Shown in pieces: positions 14,265-28,307 of a stretch of DNA of 64,000 nt. Both the position numbers and the translations under genes were made by a program. How positions within the stretch are numbered: position 1 is the first letter of the stretch; each line of letters begins with the position of its first letter. The notes under the pieces were generated by a model. That model saw only the letters and a list, made by a program, of their open reading frames with translations. It searched no databases and had not been told where the DNA came from. The stretch comes from Dictyostelium discoideum (Eukaryota): positions 1,344,001 through 1,408,000 of the forward strand of contig CM000155.2 of assembly GCA_000004695.1 (NCBI GenBank). The letters are read 5' to 3'.

Positions 14265-14350
14265 TTTTATGTGTGTGTGGCTTTTTTTTTTTTTTTTTTT
14301 TTTTAATGATTAAGTTATTAAAAAAAAAAAATTAATTTTTTCTTTCATTT

Positions 14351-14385
<35 letters not shown>

Positions 14386-14977
14386 AAATAAAAAATAAAA
14401 AAATAAAAAAATAAAAAAATTTGGTAGGGGGTTTTAATGATTGGAACCCATTCAACCAAAGATATTTTTTTATAAAATTTCATTTATGTAAAAATCTAAT
14501 AAAATCAAAAAAAAAAAAAAAACCAGGCTAAAAATAAATAATTTATTTTAAAATTAAAAAATAAATAAAAAATTAATTAAAAAATAAAAAAATCTATAAA
14601 CGGTAAGTGATAAAATTTATATTTTATTCATTTTTTTATTATCCGAAGATATTTTCGGTTGTTTATTTTGGGAAATTTAAAAAATTTTTATAATAATATA
14701 GTTTTACTTTCTTTATTCCTTTATTTTTTTTTATTTTTATTGTTATTTTTCTAATTTCTTCCTCTTTAATTAATCTTTATTTTTTTTTTTTTTATTTATT
14801 ATTATTTTTTTAATTTCTTCTTTAATTAATTTTTATTTTTTTTTTTTTTTTGTTTTCAATTTTTTTTTTTTTATTAATTTTTTTATTTTTTCAGTTTTTT
14901 TTTTTTTTTTTTTTTAATTCCTTAAAATCAAAAAAAAAAATAACTAAACAAATAGATGTTCATTGGTAGTGATTGCG

Positions 14978-16187
14978 ATGGACAAAGAAGTTAACTATGT
15001 CATTAGAAATCTACCATGGAATTTAGAGCAAGAGAAATTTCAAGCATTAATTGCTACATCCTATTCGCCTGACACTGTCAAAATCATTGAATATAACCAA
15101 GGTAAAAAGTAATAATTATTTCCACACAATAGAACACTTTTCATTTCATTTTTTTTTATTTCATTTTTTTTTAAAAAAAAAACTAATTAAAACATCTTTT
15201 TAAATAGAACAAAAAGAGATTTCATACCAACTAGAAGTTATGTAACAGTTTTTAATAAAATAGGTACAAAGAGCAGTGATTCATTTTTAGAGTTTATGGA
15301 TAATAGACCATTTGTAAATAATAAAGGTATTGAAGAATTGGCAATTGTTGAAAGTGCACCATTTAAAATTGATACAACTCAAGTAAAAAAGAATAATAGA
15401 ATGGGTACTATTGAATCATCTGGTACTTATCAAGCTTTCTTAAAACAATTAGACGCACCAACTGATTCAGTTCAAAATTTTAATGTTCCAAAAGGTTTGT
15501 TTTAATTATTATTATTAATTTAATTATTAATTTGGTTATTAATGATTATTAACGATTATTAACAACAATTTAATTTTTTTTTTTTAGAACAAACTGAAGA
15601 AGGTAATACACCAATTGTAGATATGATATTAAAAGGAGATGGTTCAAAGAAGAAAGGTAAATCTAAAAAAGATAAAACAGCAACAGCAGCAGCAGCAGTT
15701 TCAACTACAGCAGCAACACCTACAAAGAAAAAGAGGGAAAATAGATCTAAAAAATTAAAAAAGCAACTAAGATTACAACAACAACAATTACAACAACAAC
15801 AACAAAATGTACCAACTATGATTCTTTCATCTTCAACAGTAGTATCATCAAATATTTCTCCACCAGTTATTACTCCAATTAATACAAAACAACCAATAAA
15901 CAAACAACAAGGTGTTAATAATAAAGCTCAACAACCAAAAGATAAACCACCAAGAGAAAAGAAACCAAAGAAACCAAAGGTACCAAAAAATATTAATGCT
16001 CCTACAACAACACCAACAACAACAGGTTCAAACAATACTACTGCCTCAACTGTAGGTACAACAACAACAACTACAACAACAACTACAACAACTGGTGCAC
16101 CATTAAAAGAAAAACCAATAAGAGAAAAGAGACCACCAAGGGAAAAGAAACCACCCAAAGAAAAAAAGGTTACTACATCCCTACCCC

Positions 16188-16285
<98 letters not shown>

Positions 16286-16309
16286 ACATCACCACAACCA
16301 ATTACTTAA
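14978..16309 (+). CDS. upf3: UPF3 (regulator of nonsense transcripts 3, NMD factor) with K-rich and poly-Gln C-terminal tail.
   Basis: Structure: join(14978..15101,15264..15494,15588..16309). The N-terminus 'MDKEVNYVIRNLPWNLEQEKFQALI' and the stretch 'FVNNKGIEELAIVESAPFKI...KKNNRMGTIESSGTYQAFLKQL' align with the UPF3 RRM-like domain (human 'VVIRRLPPTLTKEQLQ', 'FLDNKGQEYPAIVEFAPFQK...KVGTIDDDPEYRKFLESY'). Introns run GTAAAAAG...AATAAAATAG and GTTTGT...TTTTTTAG with consistent phases. Confidence 0.75.
16187..16285. repeat. (CAA)n coding microsatellite. Gives a poly-Gln tract of about 35 Q at the UPF3 C-terminus.
   Basis: Uninterrupted caa run. The ORF shows 'QQQQ...'. Confidence 0.9.
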
Positions 16310-16708
16310 TTTATTTGAAATCATTATTGTTTCACATAAACTCAACTTTTTAAAAAGTTTTTTTTGTATTTTTCAAATTAAACAAATACCTTTCTTACAA
16401 AGCGGCCTAGATAATATTTCTCAATTCAAAAGAAAAAAACCTCATTTAAAATATTCATTTTTGTTAGAATAGAAAAGGAATTGGTTTTTTTTTTAAAATA
16501 TGTTTAATAAATTTATTAATATTTCAAAAAAAAAGAAAAAAAAAAAAAAAGAAAAAAAAACTATTATATTCTATTTTAAATATCATTTATTTAATAAATA
16601 ATGAAAAACTAATTTTTTTATTTTATTTATTTGTTTTTTTTATTTATATTTATTTCTTTATTTTCTTTTTTAGAGAGAAGTTACAATTGGTTTTTTTATT
16701 TTATTCTT

Positions 16709-17622
16709 TTAATTAAAATTATTTTTTACAGATGGAGATACACCACTTTCATATAAAGAAACGATATCAATTTCTTCATCTTCAGCGCTATGATGAGCTT
16801 TTGATGGTGGATCAACTGGTGGGAAGAAAGGGGAATTTGAAGGTAAATTTGGAGTGATTGGAGTATTTAAAGTGATTGGGGTTGAAGGAGTTGAACCATT
16901 GGTATGATCTACTGATAAAAGTAGTGAGGAAGATGATTGTTTTAAATTGGTTTGTTCGATGGATTTCTCTAAATCACCAATTTGAGAATCAAAAGGTGCC
17001 AATAATTGTAGGGTACTAGTTAATAATTTTTCAGCGATTGGTAATAAATGTGAAAATCTTTTTTCGTTATATTCAAAACAATTTGCAACCATTAATTTAA
17101 TGGCATCAATGAATTGATTTTTAGATTTATATTCCCAATGTCTATTTCTATCTCTCATTGTTGTTAAATCGATTGGATTCTTGATGACCTTATGATAATC
17201 TGGTGCTAATTTTGGTGTAACTTTATGTCTAAATGCAATGAATTCATCATTGGTTCTAAGTTTATCCAATATTCTTTCAAAGATATTTGAAAGTTCAACA
17301 TCTGCACCACTACCATCCTTTCTAACTCTATTTCTACGTGATGATTTATCGCTACCATCAAGTGTTGTTGAACTAAGTGATGGTGATTCACTATTTGATT
17401 GATCCAATGTTCTTTTCTTTCTATTTGAACCACTTGATGATGCTGATAATGGTGTATTTAAAACTGATTGATCTTCAGTTCTATTATTACCACCATTAGT
17501 ATTATTACTATTACCACTATTACTACCATTATATCTAATTATAATACCGGATTGTGATAATGTTGGTGATTGATTTGTACTATTTGAAAGATTATTTGTA
17601 TTATTATTTTCATTATTATTAA

Positions 17623-17692
<70 letters not shown>

Positions 17693-20600
17693 ATTATTAT
17701 TAATATTATTAATATTATTATTATTATTATTATTAATATTATTAATATTATTGTTATTGTTATTATTATTATTAATATTATTATTATTATTGTTATTATT
17801 ATTATTATTGTTATTATTATTACTATTATTATTATTATTATGATTATTATTACTATTGTTATTGTTATTATTACTACTACTGCCACCATTATGATTTGAA
17901 TCTCTATTACTACTTGAATGATGTGATGAACTATGACTATCAGAACTACTACCTGTACTATTTCTATGATGAGAATCTCTATGATCACGACTACTACTAC
18001 TACTACCACTCGAACTATTTCTTGATCTTTCACTTCTATGCTCACGATGTTCTCTGTCACTTCTATGTTCTCTATCACCGCTTCTGTGTTCACGATGTTC
18101 TCTATCACTTCTGTGCTCTCTATCACCACTTCTATGTTCACTACTTCTATGTTCTCTGTCGCTTCTATGTTCTTTATCACCACTTCTATGTTCACTACTT
18201 CTATGTTCACTACTTCTATGTTCACTACTTCTATGTTCACTGCTTCTATGTTCTCTGTCGCCTCTATCACTGCTTCTATGCTCTCTATCGCCACTTCTAT
18301 GTTCACTACTTCTATGATGTGATGAGTGTTCACCACTTCTATGTTCACTACTTCTATGTTCACTACCTCTATGTTCGCTACTTCTATGTTCACTACTTCT
18401 ATGCTCACCACTTCTATGTTCACTACTTCTATGTTCTCTATCGCTACTTCTTGGATGGCCACTGCTTGATGAGGATGATGATGATGAAGATGAAGATTGG
18501 CCAATTCTAATTTTTGTACTTGAACTACTATTTGAATCAGAATTAGCTTGTTGATTTGGCATTACAATACTAATTCTTGTTTGATCTCTATCAGTATTAC
18601 TATTGTTATTACTACCACTACTACCAATACCACTACTTGAACTACGATGTGGTGGTATTGGTTTATTACTACTACTTGTATTTAAAGAGAAATTATTATT
18701 ATTATTATTATTATTATAATTATTATTATTTATATTTGATACTGGAATATTACCAGCACTAATATTAATCATATTTGAAGAACCAATTGTAGCACCAATA
18801 CTACTATTACTTGAATTCATATTGAATGAATCTTCTCTTTGATCATTCTTTTTTAATCTTCTTAATCTTTCTTGAATTCTTCTTCTTTGTTTTTTAGTTT
18901 CTTCATCCTCTTCATTTTGTTTTCCAAATTTCTTTCTATCTTGAAGGAATTGATCATGTTTCTTCTTTTGATAATCTTGAACTACCTTTGGATCACGAAT
19001 AATTTCAATTCTCTTAAATAAACTTCCATCTGGTTTTTGAAATAATGTAGTTCTCTTTACAAATACTCTATCACCTTGAGTAAGATCATCTTCTTCTGCC
19101 TTTGCTTTTGCTTTAGCTTTAGCTTCTTCTGCTTTTGCTTTAATCTCTTCCTCTTCTGCTTTTGCCTTGGCTTTAGCTTTAGATTCTTCATCTTTATTCT
19201 TTGTACCCATTAGTTTATTATATTCCTCTTCTTCATTATCTTCTTCTTCATCTGATTCATCACGAGAGAATAAACTTCTACTACGTTTACCAGTTGATTT
19301 ACTTGATGATTTATTATTATTATTATTTGATTGATTTTGATTTTGATTTTGATTTTGATTTTGATTTTGACTTTGATTACTATCACCAAATAAACTATCT
19401 TCAAGATCTTTTAATAAATCAGCATCTAAATCTTCATCATATAAATCATCACCTTTACCAGCGATTGCTTTAATTTGATTATCAAATACCAATTGACATT
19501 GTTCTTTATATTGTAAATTTTGATGATCTAAACTATATCTTGAACCTCTTGCAAATTTAGTCATTGCAGCATTACTATTTGAAGCCAATGCAGCCTCACT
19601 GGATTTCTTACGAACCAAATCAATTCTTTGCCAACGAGCCAATTTATTAATGGTTTCTTCATCTACACCCAATTCTAATAAAACTGTTTTAGAAGCTGAT
19701 AAAGAAAGTTTTCTTAAATCTGCATCTGTACCAGTGACTTGATTCTTTTGAAGAGCCAATTTAATTGCTTTTTGTTTTTGATTTACAACTTTTTGAGGCA
19801 TTTTCAAGTAAGAGTATTCATCTTCTCTACCGGTTGGATCATCACTAATGATTTGTAATCTACCTTTACCTTGCATAGCACTAAGGAAACTACCAGTTAA
19901 ATTCCAAGGTGTAATTGAGAGTTCATCCTCAACTGGTTTTATAGATTTCTTTATTGGATCCTCATCGTCAAGATTACCAAGAATCGTTGGAATTGTACCT
20001 GGTGCTGTGAAATGAATGATACCATTATCCTGAAGTCTTTGAAGACCAATGAGCATACTCTCGAATGAAACCACTGCCTCTGGTGTTACCAACTTTTGAA
20101 ACTCCTCTTCGGTAGGCAATGTAAAGTTATCTTTTACAGTCCACCAACCACTATCATCCCCACCACGTTGAAAATCTGCACAATCCTTTAAACGTTTTCT
20201 AATGGAAGTTTCAGATTGTGATGGAAAGGCAGAGCAGATATCAGTGATCTTTAAACGACGTTGTGGGTTACTCTTTTTCAAGAATTGTCTATAGATGTAT
20301 GCTTGAAGTCTACTCTTTAAAAACATATTGGCATTTCTAGAGTTTGGTGCAGGTACTTCAACCTCTGGTAAGATTTGACCAGCCGCATAGATTGGACCAA
20401 CATCACGAATATACCAACGTTTACCATCTCTAGATTTAACTAACAGGAAATCGGTATTGGCTGAATTATGTTTATGAATGGGTACTTTAAATAAATTATT
20501 TACAACGGATTGAATGGTTTGACCAGGATTGATGTCACCTAAAAATGGTGATTCTTCATTATTATCCAACATTACCAATTCACCATCTTCAAAATTTAAA

Positions 20601-21592
20601 TCCTTTGGTCCAGTATCATGAGTATTCTTTTTCTTATAATAATTTCTAATTCTTAAACCCATACCAACATTTGAAACTAATGGTGGATGTTGTTCTGTAT
20701 ATTCAATTAAAACTAAACGACCATCACGTGCTGATAAATCCGATTTATGTAATGATTTCTTTGATGATGAAGATGATGATGATGAAGACGACGACATCAT
20801 ACCACCATTAATACTACCTCTCATATTATGACCACCCATTATACTATTTGTACTACTATTTAAAAGTAAATTATTTGAACTTGAACTTAAATCACCACTT
20901 AAACTACCCTCTTTATTATAGATTATAATTCTAAATGGTACATTACTTGGGAATAGAATACGTGGACGATGTGCATAAATTAAATCTTCTTTGGTAAGAT
21001 GAGTTTTAACCAATGATAATTTAATACCAGGTAAAGAATGTTGAATTACGACTTTAGTTGAACCATTTGGTGGACGTGGTGGTGGTTTTCTAACTGGTCT
21101 ATAGAATTTATCATTTGAAAGATTGAATTTATCAATTTCTCTTTGAGATTGTTCACGTTCTTCACGTTCTTTTCTCTCATCTTCTTCTTTATCTTTTTGT
21201 AATTGTTCTTCGAATGACATAGTTTGACCATTGGCAGCTCTTGCAGCTGCTTGTGCTCTTTCCAATGCAGCTGCTTGTGCTGCTTGTGCTGCTTCCAATG
21301 CCAATTTCTTTTTAGATTTCTTTTTAACTGGTGCTTGTTGATCACCATTTGAACCTGATTCACCATTATTATGTTCTTTCTTTTCAATATGTTCTTCAAA
21401 ATACATTTCTCTATCATTTAAATCTAAAATTAACATTGAAACTTGTTGTATTTTCTCTGGTACCATTGATTCATCCCATATTATATTATCAATCCAATCA
21501 CCATTTTCTAATTCTTGATTCGATATTGGAAAAAGTGACCATTTATCAATATTACTTTTCATAATTTCATCAATTTCTTTATTATTATTTTG

Positions 21593-21630
<38 letters not shown>

Positions 21631-21979
21631 TATTATTACTATTATTATTATTATTATTGGTATTATTATTATTACCATTATTATTGGTTAAATTATTATT
21701 ATTTGTCGTACTATTTTTTTTATTATTTACAATTGTTTGAATATGTTGTTCATTTTGCGCTTTATCTTTATCTTTTTCTTTTTCTTTATCTTTTTCTTGT
21801 GATAATGGTTGTTGTAATAAATTTTGTGAATCTGTGTCCATTATTTCTTCTTTTTCACTAATATGATCTAATCCAAATAATTTACTACTATTATTTATAT
21901 TATTATTGTTATTTTTATTTTTATTTTTATTATTTCGTTGAGTTGTCGTAGATGTTGAAGTTGATGATAAAGTTGTTGC

Positions 21980-22033
<54 letters not shown>

Positions 22034-23727
22034 AGTTGTTGATGATGATGAAGTTTGTTTTGAATTTTTATTTAAATTTGGTGTTAAATCATTAATTTCA
22101 ACTGGCATTGTTATTGCCTCTTTAATTATAATATTTTGTTGTTGATTATCTGATGATAAATAAAATTGATTGAAATGATCAGACTTTTTAAATTTAATTA
22201 AACTTTCCTCATCCCAAATGATATTATCCTCCCAATTAACTTGTTGTAATGAATGATAATTTGAATCGGGTACCATATAAAACATTGTCATTATTTCTTC
22301 ATCCTCAGTCTCCCTAAGTGGTTCAGGTACATATTCTTCATCTTCTTCTGCTGCTGCTTGATATAATTGCATCGATGTTAATGTTGGTGTTGTCGTATTT
22401 GATGATGTTAATGTATCCTCTTCACCACCACCACCTGTTGAGCTAGTGATACCAGCATTTGATTTTAATAATTGTTTCGTTATACTATCAATTTCTGTTA
22501 TTGGTTTCTTTATAATTGAAGGTGGTGGTTGTTTTTTCGATGGTTGATTCCACAGTAAGAGTTCATCAGTTTCAATTGAATCATCATTTAATGTTTGTGG
22601 TGTTGAGAATCTAGTTTTACGTGATTTCTTTCTTGTTGGTTTATCTGGAAATTTGGGTGCAAATAATTGAGAAAACTTTAAAATGAAACCTTCCGATGAT
22701 TTACCACTAACAAATACTTTAAACTCTTGATCCTCTGGTGTAAACATTTCAGGTGTTTCAAGTATTGATTTTACAACTTCATATGAACCTGCTTTCATTG
22801 TTACCTTTTTCTTTGGTTTCTTTTCTTTATGACGACGACGATGACTACCACCACCGCCACCACCACCACCACCACCACCATCTGAATCTGAATCTGATCT
22901 TGAAGAAGATGATGAAATTGATGATCTTGAAGAAATTGAAGATCCTGATGATCTTGATGAATCAGACATTGAGTCGGATTCAATATCTGATGCTGACCTT
23001 GACATCGATGGTGATCTTGATGATGATGCTGATGATGATGCTGATGATGATGATAATGATGATGCTGATGAAATATCATCATCATCTTCATCTTCACTAC
23101 GAGTTGATTTTTGCTGTTGTTGTTCTTCTTCCTCATCAAAATCGAAATCATCAACTGATGGTTTCTTTTTAATTTGTAATGGTTGTTTTGAACCAACTTG
23201 TTTTCTTTGTTTTCTACGTTCCTTTTTCGATAATTGTCTTTGTTGTTGTTCTAAAAGTTTTAAACGTTGTTGTTCTTCACGCTCTTTATGTTGTTGTTGT
23301 AATCTTGCAATTGCAGCATTTGCAAGTTTATCCGCATTCAATTTATTGATTTCATTCTCTGTGGATTGAATTTCTTCAGCAACTTCATCAATATCCTCAT
23401 AATCTAATGCATTTTTATCGGGTACAATAACTGAATCTGTAACTGCATTCTTATCATCCTCATCAATACCAATTGTTTTTTTAAATGATATATGTTGACT
23501 ACTTTTTGCAAATAATTCTAAATCTTTTTTTAAATCCTATAATTAATAAATAATAATAATAATAATAATAATGTTAATATATATATATAAATATATATTA
23601 ATAAAAAAAAACATATTCATACTTTAAAAACTTGATCATTCTCTTCAACATCCAATTCACCAGACTCTTTAACATTACCAAAGAGGAAACCTGTTAAATT
23701 CCCTTTCTTTTCTTTATCTTTAGCCAT
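16709..23727 (-). CDS. taf1: TAF1 (TFIID subunit 1): N-terminal TAND-like segment, DUF3591/HAT core, C-terminal bromodomain, plus long poly-Asn and a histidine-rich pentapeptide repeat.
   Basis: Structure: join(23727..23623,23537..16709). Exon 1 gives 'MAKDKEKKGNLTGFLFGNVKESGELDVEENDQVFK'. An 85-nt GTATGA...TTATAG intron follows. Exon 2 is continuous with ORF 16709-23341. The DUF3591 stretch reads '...WWTVKDNFTLPTEEEFQKLVTPEAVVSFESMLIGLQRLQDNGIIHF...LSITPWNLTGSFLSAMQGKGRLQI'. The bromodomain reads 'FRHKVTPKLAPDYHKVIKNPIDLTTMRDRNRHWEYKSKNQFIDAIKLMVANCFEYN'. Confidence 0.8.
17600..17870. repeat. (ATT)n / (AAT)n coding microsatellite. Gives a poly-Asn tract of more than 80 N in TAF1.
   Basis: Long att/aat run in the sequence. 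The ORF shows NNNN with scattered I/Y/H. Confidence 0.9.
18040..18440. repeat. Tandem 15-bp coding repeat inside TAF1 that encodes about 30 copies of S-E-H-R-S/G ('EHRSSEHRSGEHRSSEHR...').
   Basis: The unit ttcactacttctatg / ttctctatcaccact repeats on the plus strand. The minus-strand translation shows the HRS[SG]E repeat. Alternative-frame ORFs 17539-18504(-) and 17896-18510(+) are artefacts of this repeat. Confidence 0.85.
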
Positions 23728-23941
23728 GTTATTGTGTGTTTGTATTATTTATTTTATATATTGAATAACCATGTAAAAAGAAAATAAAATACCAATATAT
23801 TTATATACTATGAATATATGTATGGTGGTTGAGTGTTTGCGTTTTCTGTTTTTACTATTGTTCAATTATTTTTTTTATTTTTTATGTTTTTGTTTTTCTT
23901 ATTTGATTATGCACACTATTCGCGTGTGTAATATATGAAAT

Positions 23942-23974
<33 letters not shown>

Positions 23975-24597
23975 TTTATATTTTTTATTTTTTATTTTTT
24001 TATTTTATTTTCTATTTTATTTTATTTTATTTTATTTTAATTTTTATTTTTTTTTTTTTTTAATTTATTTTTATTTTTTTTTTTTTTTTCAAAAAAAAAA
24101 AATGAAATAAAAGGGATCGATCGTACAACCAATTGTTTTAATATATTAATTAATAAAAAAACTGAAAAAAAAAATTTAAAAAAAAATTAAAAAAAAATTT
24201 GAAATTTTTTTAAAAATTTGGGGGGCTTTAAAAACTTTTTTTTTTTTTTATTTTTTTTTTATTTTTTGCCTCCATTATTTTTTATTTTTTTTTTTTTATT
24301 TGAATTGTGTATCTTATTTTTTTATTATATACTTCATTTTATTGAGAGGTTGTAAAAATAAAAAAATAAAAAAAACAAAAGATAAAATAAAAATTAATTA
24401 ATAATTTTTGTTTTTTTATTTTTTGTGTGAATCCCTTTTAAAAATTTTCTCAAATAAACTACTTCAAAAGAATAATAATTAATTTTTTTTTTTTTTTTTT
24501 TAGTTTTTAATTTCTATTTTTATTTTTATTTTAGTTTTAATTTCTATTTTTGATTTTTAATAGTTTTAATTTATTTTAAAAATTTCGAACATCTATT

Positions 24598-24639
<42 letters not shown>

Positions 24640-24966
24640 TATAATAATATAACCTTTAATAAAATTTTAATAATTATTATATCAATATGGCAGAAAAAAG
24701 GATTTCAATTCGCCCCTTCCTCTTATCACTAAAAAAAGTAAAAATGAAATAATAAAAATAAAAAATTTTTGGAAAAAATTTGAAAAAATTTGAAAAAAAA
24801 AAAAAAAAAATTGAAAAAAAAAAAGTAAAAAAAAAAAAATAATTTCTTTATGTTGATCTGGCGACCTAGGATTAAATAATAATAATATAAATTTAGCGAT
24901 AAAATTCAAATATTAAATATACACACACTACACACAATATATATATATATTCATAGATAAAAAGAA

Positions 24967-26237
24967 ATGTCACAAACAGTATCACAACTTACCAGACAAC
25001 CAGAATTGGAAATTTTAGAAATTAAAAATGATAGTATAATATTCATTCTTTCAAATACAGATATCAGTGTTGCAAATGCACTAAGAAGAGTTATGATTGC
25101 AGAAGTACCAACAATGTGTATAGATTTAGTTGAATTTGAATCGAATAATTCTGTGCTTTGTGATGAATTTATAGCACATAGATTAGGGTTAATACCATTA
25201 GTTAGTGATAATATCGATAAATTTTGTTATACAAGAGTATATTTTATTTATTCATTACAATAATAATAATAATAATAGTAATAATAATAATAATAATAAA
25301 CAAAATCAATAATAATAATAATAAATTAAAATAAAATAATAACAACATAAACAATAATTCTATATAGGATTGCAGTTGTTCAGATAGATGTGATCAATGT
25401 AGTGTTGAACTAAGATTAAATGTTAAATGTACAGAAAATAGACCACGTGATGTTACAAGTTCAGATTTATTATCACAAAATAGTGCAGTAATTCCTGTAT
25501 CTTCACAAGTAACAAGTTCAAATAGTGAACAAGAAATTCCAATTGTAAAATTAAGAAGAGGACAAGAAATTAAATTAAGAGCAATCGCTAAAAAAGTAAT
25601 TAATTAATCAATCAATGTATAAAAAAAAAAAAAAAAAAAAAGAAAAAAGAAAAAGAATTTAAATATTCATATTTTTATATTATTTTTTTTGTTTGTTTTT
25701 TTTATTTTTATTTTTATTTTATTTTATTTTATTTTAGGGTGTAGGTAAAGAACATGCAAAATGGTCACCATCATGTGTTGCAACATATCAATTTCAACCA
25801 ATTATTGTATTAAATCAAAATAGAATAGATGAATTAACAGATCAACAAAAAGAGGAATGGGTTGGAAGTTGTCCAACCAAAGTTTACAGTTATAGTCCAC
25901 ATCAATCAACACAACAAGTAACAATCGAAGATCCATTAAGATGTGTTTATTGTTTGGAATGTAAAAAGAAAGCAGAATCATTTGGTAAACCTGATCTTGT
26001 ACATTTAGAACAAAAACAAGATAAATTCATTTTTACTGTAGAGGTAAGAACTTTTTTAAAATATACATACATACTCTATCTATCTATTATTTAAAACTGA
26101 TATTAATATTATTTTAATTTCATAATTTATAGAGTTCAGGTGCATTAAAACCAGAAGATATTGTTTTATATGCTATTCAAATTATTAAACGTAAATTAAC
26201 AGACATTCAAGGTCAAATGGCCGAAGGAATGCTTTAA
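24967..26237 (+). CDS. rpb3: DNA-directed RNA polymerase II subunit RPB3.
   Basis: Four exons: join(24967..25236,25368..25595,25738..26043,26133..26237). The diagnostic stretches are 'ISVANALRRVMIAEVPTMCIDLVEFESNNSVLCDEFIAHRLGLIPL', the zinc motif 'DCSCSDRCDQCSVELRLNVKC' and 'GVGKEHAKWSPS'. These match human POLR2C ('DEFIAHRLGLIPL', 'GFGKEHAKWNP'). All introns are GTA...AG, phase 0. Confidence 0.85.
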
Positions 26238-26986
26238 ATAAATAAAAAAAAAAAAAAAAAAAAAAAAAACAAAAACAAAACAAAACAGAACAAAACAAAA
26301 CAAAAATATTATTGTTAAAAAAAAAAAAAAAGTCTAACCAGGGTTATGTTTGTCGTCAAAAAAAAGTATTGAGTTTGTGTATATGTAAATTAATGGTTTA
26401 AAAAAAAAAATAAAAAATAAAAAATAAAAGGAAATAAAGAATAAAAATTAAATTTATTAAAGTAGATTAAAATATTTTATTAATTTTTATTTTATTTAAT
26501 TTTTATTTTTTTGTTTGTTTTTTTTTAATTATTTATTTAAATTATTTTATTTATTTTATTTTATTTTTTTTTTTTCTAAACTATTCATAACATGTAATGC
26601 CGTTGTAAATGTTGAAATTTCAATTTAAAAAAAAAAAAAACTAACAAAAAAAAAAAACTAAATTAATTTTTAAAATTAATTATAACCAAATCAGGTAATG
26701 TGGTGGTTTGTAAACGATTTCTTTTTTTATTTTTTTTGTTTTGTTTTTTTTTATTTTTTATTTTTTTTTTTTATTTTTTTTTTATTTTTTTTATTTTTTT
26801 ATTTTTTTTTTTTTTGGTTTTTGTTTTTTTTTTTTTTTTTTTTTTATATTGTTTAATATCACACGACAACACAATTGTTTTTTTTTTTTAAAAATATTTT
26901 TTTTTAAACATCTAATCATAAACATTATATAATAAACAACTAACAAACAATAAAAAAAAAAAAAAGTAAGTCAAAAAAAAAAAAAA

Positions 26987-27204
26987 ATGGTAAAACAAAT
27001 GAAAATTGCTATAAGTAAGTGTCAATAATTTCATTATTTTTTATTTAATTGATAAGTTTGAATTTTTTTTTTTTGTCTGGTATTGAAAAAAAAAAAAAAA
27101 AAAAAGATATTTTTTGAAATTGAAAAAAATAAAAAAAAAAAAAATTCAAATTCGCTCATTTCCAATTTTTTTTTTTTTAAAATTTCCGCTTTTGGTTAAC
27201 CTTG

Positions 27205-27241
<37 letters not shown>

Positions 27242-28138
27242 CATAAATAAAAAATAAAAATATTTTTTTTTTTAGTTGTAACAGATGAAGTATTAGAATG
27301 TAAAAATAAAGGTGAATTTTATAGTTTATATGATAATTTTATAAAGAGATATGGATTAATTGATCAACATAATGAATTTGGTAATATTCAAGTTATAACA
27401 ACAAGATATAATGCAGTTCAAAAAGAATGGCCAACTAATCCATTATCATATGATGGTTACATTATCACTGGTAGTGCATCATCAGCCTATGATAATAATG
27501 AATGGATTATACTATTAAAAGAGAGAATCATTGAATTGGATAAACATGAAATGAAAATGTGTGGCATTTGTTTTGGACATCAAATTCTCGTTGAATCATT
27601 AGGTGGTAAAATCGAAAAGAATACCAAAGGTTGGGAACTTGGCCAACACTCAGTTCCACTCGATAAAGAAGTTTCAATCATTTTCGATAATATTATAAAC
27701 AATAAAAATAAAAATCAATTTGATAATGATGATAGTGCAAATAGTAGTAGAAGTAATTCACCAATTTTAAAATTAGATGGTGCTTCAACTCTAACACCAA
27801 CAATAACCAATGATGATAGTGTTTTATTAAAAGATAAAATTTCAATTTATCAAATTCATCAAGACCATGTTTCAATTTTACCAAGTGATATGATTTCAAT
27901 TGGATCCACTGAAAAATCAATTCAAGGTGTTTTAAAAGAATCAAAGAAACAGCCTGGTAATTTTTATATCATTTCATTTCAAGGTCATCCTGAATTCAGT
28001 TTTGATTTCATTCATTTGTTAATCAGTGACCTTCATCATGTCGGTCAAGAAATGAAAGATGTTTCCATTAAAACTTTACAACAAACAACTTGCCAACCTT
28101 GGTTATCAAATTTAGTTTTTAATTTCTTTAAAAACTGA
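26987..28138 (+). CDS. Class-I glutamine amidotransferase-like (GATase1 fold) protein.
   Basis: Structure: join(26987..27014,27276..28138). Exon 1 gives 'MVKQMKIAI', then a GTAAGT...TTTTTTTAG intron. The GATase1 nucleophile-elbow-like motif 'KMCGICFGHQIL' is present, as is 'GHPEF' near the C-terminus. The catalytic assignment is by family resemblance only. Confidence 0.6.
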
Positions 28139-28307
28139 CCATTATCATCATCATCATCATTATCATCATTATCAAATAAAATCATATATAACACATATAA
28201 AATTAATAAATATATAAAATTTAATAAAGTTACTACCAAAAATACCATTTATAAAAAAAAAAACAAAAGAAAATATTTAAATTTAAACTTTATTTAGAAT
28301 TTAAAAA

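Noticed and set aside
15559-16158. Minus-strand ORFs 15559-15903 and 15928-16158 (poly-C/V rich)
   Set aside because: Antisense of the K/T/Q-rich UPF3 tail. Repeat artefact.
17539-18510. ORFs 17539-18504(-), 17896-18510(+), 18038-18322(+)
   Set aside because: Alternative frames of the 15-bp tandem repeat and (ATT)n inside TAF1. The true frame is the 2210-aa ORF.
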